A stretch of 64,000 nt of DNA from Nanobdellota archaeon (GTDB lineage Archaea; Nanobdellota; Nanobdellia; Woesearchaeales; GW2011-AR4). Position 1 is the stretch's first letter. Each line of letters begins with the position of its first letter. Made by a program: the position numbers and the translations under genes. Positions 30,046 through 38,363 of this stretch are shown here, piece after piece. The notes beneath the pieces are model-generated. The model worked only from the letters and a program-made list of their open reading frames with translations, made no database searches and was not told the origin of the DNA. The stretch is taken from positions 1 through 64,000 of the forward strand of contig JBBSWH010000011.1 of assembly GCA_038046385.1 (NCBI GenBank), given 5' to 3'.

Positions 30046-30789
30046 ATGAAAAAGAGGTACTTGTTTTTTATATGTTTATTGCTATCATTTTTATTAGCTG
30101 CAATTTCTTATGCCCATGGTGATGAAACAGAATACAATCTGGATTATAATGGAGTATACCCTATAAGTCAATGGTCAATTGTAGGATATGGAATTGCGGC
30201 ATTGGGAATTCTTGTTGCAGTAATGGTGATGTTTCACAAGAAAATGAGTGAAATCACAAAAAAAATAGTTTATTGGCTTGTAGCCGGAGTTGCTATATTG
30301 GTGACAGTATACATGATAATTGTCACGCTCCATCTTAATGTGATATCTTTGTCTAAAGGGCCAGTGCACTGGCATGCTGATTATGAAGTATGGGCATGCG
30401 ATACAGAGATAAAACTGCCATCTCCTACAGGACTGTCAAATAAGCAGGGAGTTGCCTTGCTGCATTCTCATGACGACAATAGGATTCACGTTGAAGGCGT
30501 TATAATGGACAACATACAGGCAAGCCTTGGCGCATATTTCTACGCAGTAGGCGGCTCATTATCCGGAGATGGTTTTGCGTTTCCTACAGAAGAAGGCGCA
30601 GTAATAATGCATGAAGGCGACTTATGCAACGGCCAGCTTGGGCATCTTTACACTTTTGTCAATGGCAATTTAATATCAAATCCAGACGACTATGTAATTG
30701 CTCCGCAAGAAAAAGTGCCGCCAGGGGACAAGATAAAGATAATATTCACAGAAAAGCCAGTAGATCAGATAAATCCAAATATAAAATAG
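30046..30789 (+). CDS. Membrane protein with extracytoplasmic His-cluster domain
   Basis: Signal peptide (AHG), two TMs, HWHADYEV...HSHDDNRIHVEG. Confidence 0.75.
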   Translation: MKKRYLFFICLLLSFLLAAISYAHGDETEYNLDYNGVYPISQWSIVGYGIAALGILVAVMVMFHKKMSEITKKIVYWLVAGVAILVTVYMIIVTLHLNVISLSKGPVHWHADYEVWACDTEIKLPSPTGLSNKQGVALLHSHDDNRIHVEGVIMDNIQASLGAYFYAVGGSLSGDGFAFPTEEGAVIMHEGDLCNGQLGHLYTFVNGNLISNPDDYVIAPQEKVPPGDKIKIIFTEKPVDQINPNIK

Positions 30790-30800
30790 AATAAGATAAA

Positions 30801-31508
30801 ATGGCAGTAGAAGCATACATTCCGGCATTGACAACTGTAATAACCACAGCGCTGATAGACTCAATCAATCCGTGCGCCATCGGGGTTTTGATACTTCTCG
30901 TTTCAGTCCTTATGGTTTACAAGTCAAAAAAAGATATGCTGTTTTACGGCATGGTCTACATTTTCTGCGTATTCCTTACTTATCTTCTTGCAGGCCTCGG
31001 GATTTTGTATTTCTTAAGCAAGGTCCCCCTGTTCATCAGCGAGTACATTTCAATAATAGTTGGCTCTGTTGTTGTCATTGCAGGGCTTATCGAGATAAAG
31101 GATTTTTTCTGGTACGGCCAGGGAATAACCTTGTCAATTCCGCCTGAAAAGGCAAAAAAAATCAACGAGATGACAAAAAAATTCACATTGCCTGCCATGA
31201 TTGTGCTTGGAGTTTTTGTAGCAGGCGTCGAATTGCCGTGCACCGGCGGCCCCTATCTTGCAATCCTTGTGTTCTTTTCGCAGAACTTTGACTTTACTTC
31301 ATTCATGCTTCTTGTGCTTTACAATATAATATTTGTCATGCCTCTCATTGTCATACTGCTGATGGTGTTCTTCGGCTACAAGATACAGAACCTTAAGAGA
31401 TGGAAGCAGTCAAACAGAACATACATGAGGCTTGCCGCAGGAATTGTGCTTATTTTACTTGGCTGGCTTCTTATTTTGATTGCAAACGGAACAATAAACT
31501 TAAGCTAA
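30801..31508 (+). CDS. CcdA/DsbD-like transmembrane electron transporter
   Basis: DSINPCA and ELPCTGGPY Cys pair, 6 TMs, YNIIFVMPL. Confidence 0.85.
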   Translation: MAVEAYIPALTTVITTALIDSINPCAIGVLILLVSVLMVYKSKKDMLFYGMVYIFCVFLTYLLAGLGILYFLSKVPLFISEYISIIVGSVVVIAGLIEIKDFFWYGQGITLSIPPEKAKKINEMTKKFTLPAMIVLGVFVAGVELPCTGGPYLAILVFFSQNFDFTSFMLLVLYNIIFVMPLIVILLMVFFGYKIQNLKRWKQSNRTYMRLAAGIVLILLGWLLILIANGTINLS

Positions 31509-31509
31509 A

Positions 31510-31815
31510 ATGAAATCAAAAAAAACATCAAAGCCCCAAAAAAAGATTATCCATCTTGTCAAGCGAAGGGGTCTTGTAGAACATTATGACGAGCGCAAAG
31601 TCTACGGCTCCTGCTACTTTGCCTGCAGAAACGCGCACCTTTCAGAGCAGGAAGCAGAGCAGATGGCAGAAAAAGTAAGCACTGCAGTAACAAAATGGGT
31701 TAACAGGAAAAAAGTCATATCATCAAACGAAATTTTTCATTCAATAATAGAAGAGCTGAAAAAATATAATGAAGACGCTGCTTTCCTATACGAGACTCAT
31801 AGGGATATTTCTTAG
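31510..31815 (+). CDS. Stand-alone ATP-cone domain protein
   Basis: VKRRGLVEHYDERKV..S...A, ISSNEI...I.EEL. Confidence 0.8.
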   Translation: MKSKKTSKPQKKIIHLVKRRGLVEHYDERKVYGSCYFACRNAHLSEQEAEQMAEKVSTAVTKWVNRKKVISSNEIFHSIIEELKKYNEDAAFLYETHRDIS

Positions 31816-31881
31816 CAAAACAATAAATATAACCTATCCAACATGCTTCTATATTTGATATCTAAACAATGAGGTGGCACC

Positions 31882-31971
31882 ATGGCAAAGAAAAAGACAG
31901 CAAAAAAGACAGCAAAGAAATCAGTTAAGAAGACGGCAGCAAAGAAGCCAAAAGTCTGCGAATTCTGCTGA
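31882..31971 (+). CDS. 29-aa Lys/Ala-rich peptide ending in CEFC (not in the ORF track)
   Basis: MAKKKTAKKTAKKSVKKTAAKKPKVCEFC*; GAGGTGG RBS upstream; stop 4 nt before the VIT1 start. Confidence 0.7.
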   Translation: MAKKKTAKKTAKKSVKKTAAKKPKVCEFC

Positions 31972-31975
31972 AGAT

Positions 31976-32791
31976 ATGGCAAAAAGGCTCCAGAAAGCCA
32001 GAAGGGCATTTGACATTAAAGATATTGATATGGCTAAAAAAGCGCATTCTCCGGAGCTTATAAAAAAACAGATGCAGGAAAACGAGCAGCATGTCTCGAC
32101 AGGCCAGTATCTTGGAGAATTTGTCTATGGCGCAATAGACGGCACTATAACAACTTTTGCAGTTGTTGCTGGCGCAGAAGGCGCATCTTTGAATCCGGGC
32201 ATTGTTGTAGTTCTGGGATTTGCAAACCTGCTTGCAGACGGCTTTTCAATGGCATCGGGAAATTTTCTTAGCGAAAGGACACAAAGGGATTTCATAGAAA
32301 AAGAAAGAAAAAGGGAAGAATGGGAAATAGAGCATGTTCCAGAAGGGGAAACACAGGAAATAAAGGAAATATTTCTAAGGAAAGGATTTAAGGGAAAAGA
32401 TCTTGAAAATGCAGTTAAAATCATCACTTCAAACAAAAAAGTGTGGGTCGACACAATGATGGCGGACGAACTTGGTCTCCTTGAAAGTAAGAAAAGTCCA
32501 TGGAGGACATCTTTAGCAACATATTTCGGATTTTTATTAATTGGAGTAATACCCTTGCTTGCATATGTTCTTGCTTATTTTTTTGATTTTTTCAGTCAAA
32601 ACACATTCCCCATTGCAGTTGTTATGACATTCATGGCTTTGTTTGTGATAGGCGTCATAAAAAGGTACGTCACCAAAAGCAGCCTGTGGAAATCAGCAAT
32701 AGAAACGGTCCTTATCGGAGGATTGGCTGCAGCAATAGCTTACTATGTCGGATTCTTTTTGGCATGGGTCGCAGGCCTTGGCGGAATATAG
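31976..32791 (+). CDS. VIT1/CCC1 family Fe/Mn transporter
   Basis: VYGAIDGTITTFAVVAG, GFANLLADGFSMASG, E..E...PEGE..E, MMADELG. Confidence 0.92.
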   Translation: MAKRLQKARRAFDIKDIDMAKKAHSPELIKKQMQENEQHVSTGQYLGEFVYGAIDGTITTFAVVAGAEGASLNPGIVVVLGFANLLADGFSMASGNFLSERTQRDFIEKERKREEWEIEHVPEGETQEIKEIFLRKGFKGKDLENAVKIITSNKKVWVDTMMADELGLLESKKSPWRTSLATYFGFLLIGVIPLLAYVLAYFFDFFSQNTFPIAVVMTFMALFVIGVIKRYVTKSSLWKSAIETVLIGGLAAAIAYYVGFFLAWVAGLGGI

Positions 32792-32794
32792 TCA

Positions 32795-32830
32795 AATAAG
32801 CCTTGGTGAACAAAAAAGAACATTTTTTAG
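32795..32830 (+). promoter_or_regulatory. Conserved intergenic motif, copy 1 (GTGAAC-N6-GAACA)
   Basis: 27/36 identical to 35131-35166 by manual alignment. Confidence 0.5.
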
Positions 32831-32886
32831 GTCCCTTTTTAAAAATAAGATTTATTAATCAGATTGTTTTCACGGTAGATTATATA

Positions 32887-33008
32887 TTAAAAACCACATA
32901 TCTATAGGTTTAGCATGAAGCGAAGCTTATATTAGAGCCAAATAAAAGTGGTTTTTAAGATGCTCGAAAATATATTATGTATATTCGCATAAAATAGTAT
33001 ATTTTCGA
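32887..33008. repeat. Two adjacent 11-bp inverted-repeat pairs upstream of the cupredoxin gene
   Basis: TTAAAAACCAC(32887)/GTGGTTTTTAA(32948); TCGAAAATATA(32964)/TATATTTTCGA(32998). Confidence 0.6.
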
Positions 33009-33038
33009 CATATAAAATCTAATGATTGAGGTGGTAAA

Positions 33039-33509
33039 ATGAGAAAATTAATTTTATTTTTGGTTTTTATTTTATTAATTGTAAGCGCGTGCTCAAAACA
33101 AAATCCTGAAAGCCTTGTTGGACAGGGATCAAATGTAGAGCAGGATAATCAAAACCAAGTTCAAAATGAAATGCCTGTTCCGGGAACCGATGTGCAGGAA
33201 ACAGAAGTTACAGTGCAGCCCTCAGGTGAAGCAGAAGTAAAAGAGTTCAGGATTGCAGCAAAACAGTTTGCATTTGATCCTGCAACAATTGAAGTCAACA
33301 AAGGCGACAAGGTAAGGCTTATTGTTGAAAGTGTTGACGTCCCTCATGGAATTGCACTTCCGGATTATGGAATCAAAGAAAGGCTTGACCCAGGCCAGCC
33401 AAAGACAATAGAATTTGTTGCTGACAAGGAAGGCATATTTACATTTTATTGCTCTGTCGCATGCGGCGCAGGCCACCGCGAAATGAAAGGCACACTCACA
33501 GTGAATTAA
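33039..33509 (+). CDS. Cupredoxin-domain lipoprotein with CuA-type ligands
   Basis: IVSAC lipobox; QFAFDP, DVPHG, FYCSVACGAGHREMKG. Confidence 0.88.
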   Translation: MRKLILFLVFILLIVSACSKQNPESLVGQGSNVEQDNQNQVQNEMPVPGTDVQETEVTVQPSGEAEVKEFRIAAKQFAFDPATIEVNKGDKVRLIVESVDVPHGIALPDYGIKERLDPGQPKTIEFVADKEGIFTFYCSVACGAGHREMKGTLTVN

Positions 33510-33551
33510 TAATAGTTGGATTAACAAATAAATCTTCAAAAGAGAAAACAA

Positions 33552-34151
33552 ATGAAAAAATATGCTATTTTTGCTGCAATATTTTTAATTTTGGCTATTC
33601 TATTCTCAATATTTCTATTGAAAAAACCAAGCGCTGTAGGAAACCAATTAATAATAAGTGAAATAACCAATATTGAGGAGCTAAGTGTACCGGATGAAGA
33701 TGGAAACAGCAAAATCACTTTAAGCGATTTGGACAATCTGGAAATCCTCGTAAAAGGAGACAAAATAGCCGAGGAGTATTTTGAAGAACTCAGATGGATT
33801 GTAGATCACAATGGAAGCCAGCATATTCTTCACAGCACATCTTTTATGAGAGAATATATTAATACTGGCAAAGAAACATCATGTCTTCCGCATGAACTAT
33901 GGCATCTTTCTTTGTTTATCAGGCACGGAGACATAGCCTATGCAGAAGAGCATTTCCACCAATTAGATGATGAATATGAAGAATGGGCTGAAAGCGTCGA
34001 AGCAAAAAGAGAGGCATACCCTCAATATTACAAAAGCTTTGACGAGCTCAAGAAAATGAGCAAAGATTCAATAGAAAATCTTAAGAAAAAGGACTACAGC
34101 AACAAAACTCTGGATCAGCTTGAGCTTATAGGCACAATTGGACTATGTTGA
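33552..34151 (+). CDS. Membrane-anchored His-rich hypothetical protein ending in Cys
   Basis: N-terminal TM; HILHS, CLPHELWH; C-terminus IGLC. Confidence 0.7.
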   Translation: MKKYAIFAAIFLILAILFSIFLLKKPSAVGNQLIISEITNIEELSVPDEDGNSKITLSDLDNLEILVKGDKIAEEYFEELRWIVDHNGSQHILHSTSFMREYINTGKETSCLPHELWHLSLFIRHGDIAYAEEHFHQLDDEYEEWAESVEAKREAYPQYYKSFDELKKMSKDSIENLKKKDYSNKTLDQLELIGTIGLC

Positions 34152-34166
34152 TTAATTTTAATTAAA

Positions 34167-35135
34167 ATGAAAAAACTGAATATTGTATTGATTGCAACGG
34201 CATTGTTTTTGATTCCAATCGTATTTTCCCAGTCTGGCCTTGAAAAAATACAGCAGTACAACCAGCAGCAGGCTGTCTTTTATCTGCAAAACCTCACATT
34301 TTTTGTTGCATTTCTCGGCGGGATGATAAGCGTCCTGCTTCCGTGCACTCTTGCCATTCTGCCTGCATTCTTCGCCTATACTTTCAAAGAAAAAAAAGAA
34401 ATCACAAAAATGACTCTTGTATTTTTTGCAGGCTTCTCGCTTATTTTTGTCATTCTTGGAATTGCTGCTTCTGTTCTCGGCCAGTCGCTTGCAACACTTC
34501 AGGTTGCGGACACAAAAGCGCTTGTATTTATCGGAGGAATTTTTCTTATCATATTTGGCATAATGACCGGACTCGGGCTTGGATTTAATTTCATAAAAAT
34601 AAACAAAAACACAAGCCACGATATTTTCGGAACATTTACTTTTGGGATATTCTTCGGGCTCGGATGGAGCGCCTGCCTTGGGCCGGTGCTTGCAGGGATA
34701 CTTCTTATCGCAGCGACATTCCAGAATTATGTTTATGCAGGACTTCTTCTGTTTGCATATTCATTGGGATTGTTTGTTCCGCTGTTTATAATTTCTATAC
34801 TGTTTGACAAATATAACCTAACGCAGAAGCCGTTCATCAGGGGAAAAGAATTTGAAATTAAAATATTAGGGAAAACATTTTTCATCCACACAACAAAAAT
34901 AATAGCAGGATTATTGCTTATCGGAACAGGAATAGTATTTATAATATACAACGGCACAAATGTAATAAACTCAGCAGATCCTTTAAGGACATCAGTTTAC
35001 GCTTATGCAATTGAAGGCAAAATATTTAACTTGCCTTTTATTGATTTTATAGGGCTGCTTGCCTTGTTTTTGTTTGTTGCTTTAGTGTGGTATTTTTTAC
35101 ATAAACAAAAGGTCCAAAAAGAAAAGGAAGAATAA
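34167..35135 (+). CDS. ccdA: CcdA/DsbD transmembrane-domain protein
   Basis: FLGGMISVLLPCTLAILP, GLGWSACLGPVLAGIL, YSLGLFVP. Confidence 0.88.
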   Translation: MKKLNIVLIATALFLIPIVFSQSGLEKIQQYNQQQAVFYLQNLTFFVAFLGGMISVLLPCTLAILPAFFAYTFKEKKEITKMTLVFFAGFSLIFVILGIAASVLGQSLATLQVADTKALVFIGGIFLIIFGIMTGLGLGFNFIKINKNTSHDIFGTFTFGIFFGLGWSACLGPVLAGILLIAATFQNYVYAGLLLFAYSLGLFVPLFIISILFDKYNLTQKPFIRGKEFEIKILGKTFFIHTTKIIAGLLLIGTGIVFIIYNGTNVINSADPLRTSVYAYAIEGKIFNLPFIDFIGLLALFLFVALVWYFLHKQKVQKEKEE

Positions 35136-35166
35136 GCCCCTGTGAACGCAAATGAACACATTTAAG
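35131..35166 (+). promoter_or_regulatory. Conserved intergenic motif, copy 2
   Basis: AATAAGCCCCTGTGAACGCAAATGAACACATTTAAG, similar to 32795-32830. Confidence 0.5.
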
Positions 35167-35247
35167 CTGTAATTTGCCGAAAAAATGCCAACTAACCAAA
35201 AGTTTTTTAGGTAAACTATATATTAATGCTCAATAATCAGCAATAAA

Positions 35248-36228
35248 ATGGAAAAAAACAACGAAATTTTGGAAAAGGCAACAATGGCTTTAATGGTGCT
35301 TGTAAGCGCAATACTCACTTACACAACCTATCAGCATGCAAAAATCTCCGGCTTCAGCTACTTAACAGTAATCTCGCTTGTTTTCATACTTGCACTTATT
35401 GGGCTCGTTATATGGCTCCTTATTGACAAAACAGATTTTGATTCAAAATTACCACAAGAAAAAGTACACGAAAAGCCAAAACCACTGACTCAAATAGAAA
35501 AAATTACTTATGGGTTCGTAGTTTTTGTCGCGCTGTTGATCGTTTTCAACCAGATGCAATTATCACAGGCATCAGCCCTTCTTGGAGTCAAAAGCCCGCT
35601 TGCGTTCAAAACATCATCTTCTAAAGTCAAGCTTCAGCTGACAGGTGATCCTGTGAAGGATGCAATAGCAGTTATGATACCTACAGGAACTCCTTTTTAC
35701 GGAGACCAATTAGGAGTTTCGTTTGACGATCCTATAAAAAGCCTCACCATAATCGCAAACCTTGATCCTTCATATGGGAGAAACAAGCTTCAGTTAACTT
35801 CAACAGAAAAGGACAGGTACATCAAAATACTCACAACACCGACAATGGGATGCGAATACTGCTGCAGCGTTAATACAGCTGTTACAAAAGACGGAAGGCC
35901 AACCTGCGGATGCCAGCATTCGTGGGCAATGAGGGGATTGACAGCATATCTTATAAAAAATTATCCCGATATGACGGATCAGCAAATAATGCGGGAAGTC
36001 GCTAAATGGAAGGCATTGTTCTTCCCGAAGCAGATGGTGCAGAAATACATAGCAGAAACGCAATCAGGCCAATTTACTGCAGACATCGCATCCATTTTGC
36101 TTGATGTTGACGAAAGCAAGCTCAAGGAAATGAAAACTACAGTTGCTTCATCAGGAGATCAAAATTCAGCAGGCAATGGTGCACCTTCAAGCCTTGATAA
36201 CTTACCGGGAATGGTGGGTGGCTGCTGA
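35248..36228 (+). CDS. Membrane protein with CEYCC and CGCQH motifs and C-terminal MVGGC tail
   Basis: 3 TMs; GCEYCC..CGCQHS; ends PSSLDNLPGMVGGC. Confidence 0.78.
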   Translation: MEKNNEILEKATMALMVLVSAILTYTTYQHAKISGFSYLTVISLVFILALIGLVIWLLIDKTDFDSKLPQEKVHEKPKPLTQIEKITYGFVVFVALLIVFNQMQLSQASALLGVKSPLAFKTSSSKVKLQLTGDPVKDAIAVMIPTGTPFYGDQLGVSFDDPIKSLTIIANLDPSYGRNKLQLTSTEKDRYIKILTTPTMGCEYCCSVNTAVTKDGRPTCGCQHSWAMRGLTAYLIKNYPDMTDQQIMREVAKWKALFFPKQMVQKYIAETQSGQFTADIASILLDVDESKLKEMKTTVASSGDQNSAGNGAPSSLDNLPGMVGGC

Positions 36229-36279
36229 TATTATCAAAATATTTATATAAACTAAAAATTAAATAAAGGAGGACTTAAA

Positions 36280-36483
36280 ATGAACAGAAACATGGTTATT
36301 ATTATTGTACTAGCTGTTTTAGTGCTGTTGACAGCAGTGCAGGCCGTTCAACTAAACAGCCTTAAATCAAGCATAAGCAGCGGAAAAATAAGCGTGGCAA
36401 ACGCACCGTCAGCTTCATCAGGCTCAGGGGCAGAAGTGCCTTCAAGCCTTGACAACTTACCGGGAATGGTAGGCGGCTGTTGA
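36280..36483 (+). CDS. Small membrane-anchored protein with MVGGC tail
   Basis: Strong AGGAGGA RBS; TM + Ser/Gly linker + PSSLDNLPGMVGGC. Confidence 0.78.
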   Translation: MNRNMVIIIVLAVLVLLTAVQAVQLNSLKSSISSGKISVANAPSASSGSGAEVPSSLDNLPGMVGGC

Positions 36484-36504
36484 TTATCATAAAGGGGGAA
36501 GAAA

Positions 36505-36705
36505 ATGAATAAAACAATATTGTTTTTAGTTTTAATTGTAGGCGTATTGTTGGTTGGATGCAGCCAGCAGCAGGATTACTCGGCTTACAACCAGCCGCAG
36601 GGACAGCAGCAGCAATATGTCGGCGGCGGGTGCGGGGTAGCTCCACAGGCTGATTATGAGGCAACTCCGGTTGGAGCTTTTGACTCATTAAACCCACAAT
36701 TGTAA
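36505..36705 (+). CDS. Small lipoprotein with VGGGCGV motif
   Basis: LLVGC lipobox, Gln-rich linker, YVGGGCGV. Confidence 0.7.
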   Translation: MNKTILFLVLIVGVLLVGCSQQQDYSAYNQPQGQQQQYVGGGCGVAPQADYEATPVGAFDSLNPQL

Positions 36706-36706
36706 A

Positions 36707-37144
36707 ATGAATTTAAGCAAAAGGGAAAAGCGGAAGCTTAGGCAGCAGAATATAAACCCTGCAGAAGCAGTTCAGGAAGCCAAGCCGTCTTTTCACGCTG
36801 AGCCGAAGAAAAGCAGGCTGAAAATTTATTTGTCTGTGCTTGCTGGCCTTATCGTGCTTGCAATAGCTTATTCAGTTTATTCAATGGCCCAGCCGGGCCC
36901 TTATGACAATTTTGCGAAATGCCTTACAGAAAAAGGAGCTGTCGTTTACGGCGCAATGGACTGGTGCAAATACACTCAGGGGCAAAAAGCAATGTTTGGA
37001 AAATCATTCAAGTACCTGAAATATGAAGAGTTTCAGGCACTGCCGGGCATAAAACAAACCCCGACATGGGTAATAAAAGGAGTCTGGTATGAAAATGTAC
37101 AGTCTTTCGACAGATTATCATCAATAACCGGATGCAGGGTGTGA
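36707..37144 (+). CDS. Membrane-anchored thioredoxin/glutaredoxin-like protein (CxxT variant)
   Basis: FAKCL..KGA..YGA.DWCKYT..QK..FG, TPTW, L...TGC. Confidence 0.75.
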   Translation: MNLSKREKRKLRQQNINPAEAVQEAKPSFHAEPKKSRLKIYLSVLAGLIVLAIAYSVYSMAQPGPYDNFAKCLTEKGAVVYGAMDWCKYTQGQKAMFGKSFKYLKYEEFQALPGIKQTPTWVIKGVWYENVQSFDRLSSITGCRV

Positions 37145-37151
37145 AACTAAA

Positions 37152-38309
37152 ATGGAACAAAAAAAAGAACATAGCCATCAAAAAACAAACACAAAAAGCC
37201 AGAATCTATACCTGATATTTGTGGGTCTTTCAGTTTTGCTTGCAGTAATCCTTCTTGTCAATGTTGTAATGACATACAATCTAAACAGCAGCATCAAAAA
37301 AAATCAGCAGGATGCGATTGAAAAATTAAGACCAGCCAAAATCGAAACAATAGAGCTTTCAGATTCAAGATGCACAGACTGCTTTGACATATCGCTTGTT
37401 ACAGGCGCTTTAAAGGAAACAAATGTCAATATTACCTCAGAAAAAAAGATTTTGTCAAGCTCAAAGGAAGGCAAGGAGCTTATTGCAAAATACAGCATAG
37501 AAAAGCTGCCTGCATTGGTGGTGCAGGGCGAGATAAGCAAAGTCACTGTTGAAATTTTTGACCTAAAAGACGATGCTCTTGTTTTTGCGCAGCCTGCCGC
37601 ACCTTATGTTAATGTTTCAAGCAATAACATTGTCGGAAGAGTCACTTTATACCACCTTAAAGACGCTTCCTGCGAAAAATGCGGCGATCTTTCATTCATG
37701 ATAAACGAGATAAAAGGAACCGGCGTTAAGATAACATCGGAGAAAAATATTGACATCTCTAGCGCAGAAGGAAAATCCTTAATCAGCAAGTACAGGATTG
37801 CATTTGCGCCTTCAATAGTGCTTTCAAAAGATGCTGATGCATACACAATAATGAAGCAGGCATGGCCTCAGATCGGAACAAAAGAAGCTGATGGCGCTTA
37901 TGTAATGAGAACACCTTATCCGCCGATAAAAAATCTTACAACCGGAAAAGTAATGGGAGTTGTAAAACTAATTTATCTTGCAGACAAAAGCTGCACAGAA
38001 TGCTACGACGTCAACACTCACAAGGTTATACTTACAAGCCCGCAGAGCTTTGCATTAAAAATTGATTCAGAAGAGACTTATGACATAAGCGATGCAAAAG
38101 GAAAAGCCCTGCTTTCAAAGTATAATATCACCCAAGTGCCGACAGTAATCTTGTCAAGCGATGTAAATGTTTATCCATCAAGCGCAGCGCTTAAGCAGTT
38201 TTTCTCCTCTGAAAAAGACGGCTCATTTGTTTTCAGAAAACTAAGCGCAGTAGGCGCTTACAAGGATTTGGCGAGCGGACAGATAGTGGCTCAGCAGCAA
38301 GCCCAATAA
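37152..38309 (+). CDS. Membrane-anchored protein with three CxxC thioredoxin-like repeats
   Basis: CTDC, CEKC, CTEC, each followed by GK.L..KY.I...P. Confidence 0.75.
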   Translation: MEQKKEHSHQKTNTKSQNLYLIFVGLSVLLAVILLVNVVMTYNLNSSIKKNQQDAIEKLRPAKIETIELSDSRCTDCFDISLVTGALKETNVNITSEKKILSSSKEGKELIAKYSIEKLPALVVQGEISKVTVEIFDLKDDALVFAQPAAPYVNVSSNNIVGRVTLYHLKDASCEKCGDLSFMINEIKGTGVKITSEKNIDISSAEGKSLISKYRIAFAPSIVLSKDADAYTIMKQAWPQIGTKEADGAYVMRTPYPPIKNLTTGKVMGVVKLIYLADKSCTECYDVNTHKVILTSPQSFALKIDSEETYDISDAKGKALLSKYNITQVPTVILSSDVNVYPSSAALKQFFSSEKDGSFVFRKLSAVGAYKDLASGQIVAQQQAQ

Positions 38310-38363
38310 TAATATTTTTTTATTTTTAACATTATTTTTTTAATGCAGTATACTAAATAAAAA

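Noticed and set aside
31874-31975. Arg/Gln-rich N-terminal extension of VIT1 in the ORF track
   Set aside because: It is an off-frame reading of the 29-aa Lys-rich ORF; VIT1 more plausibly starts at 31976.
33039-33509. Cytochrome c oxidase subunit II
   Set aside because: No TM hairpin and no subunit I in the window; called a stand-alone cupredoxin.
31969-36483. Selenocysteine read-through at the Cys-TGA ends
   Set aside because: No SECIS-like element or sel genes were seen. The two GGC read-through extensions are short and unrelated to each other, and TGA is a common stop in this window.
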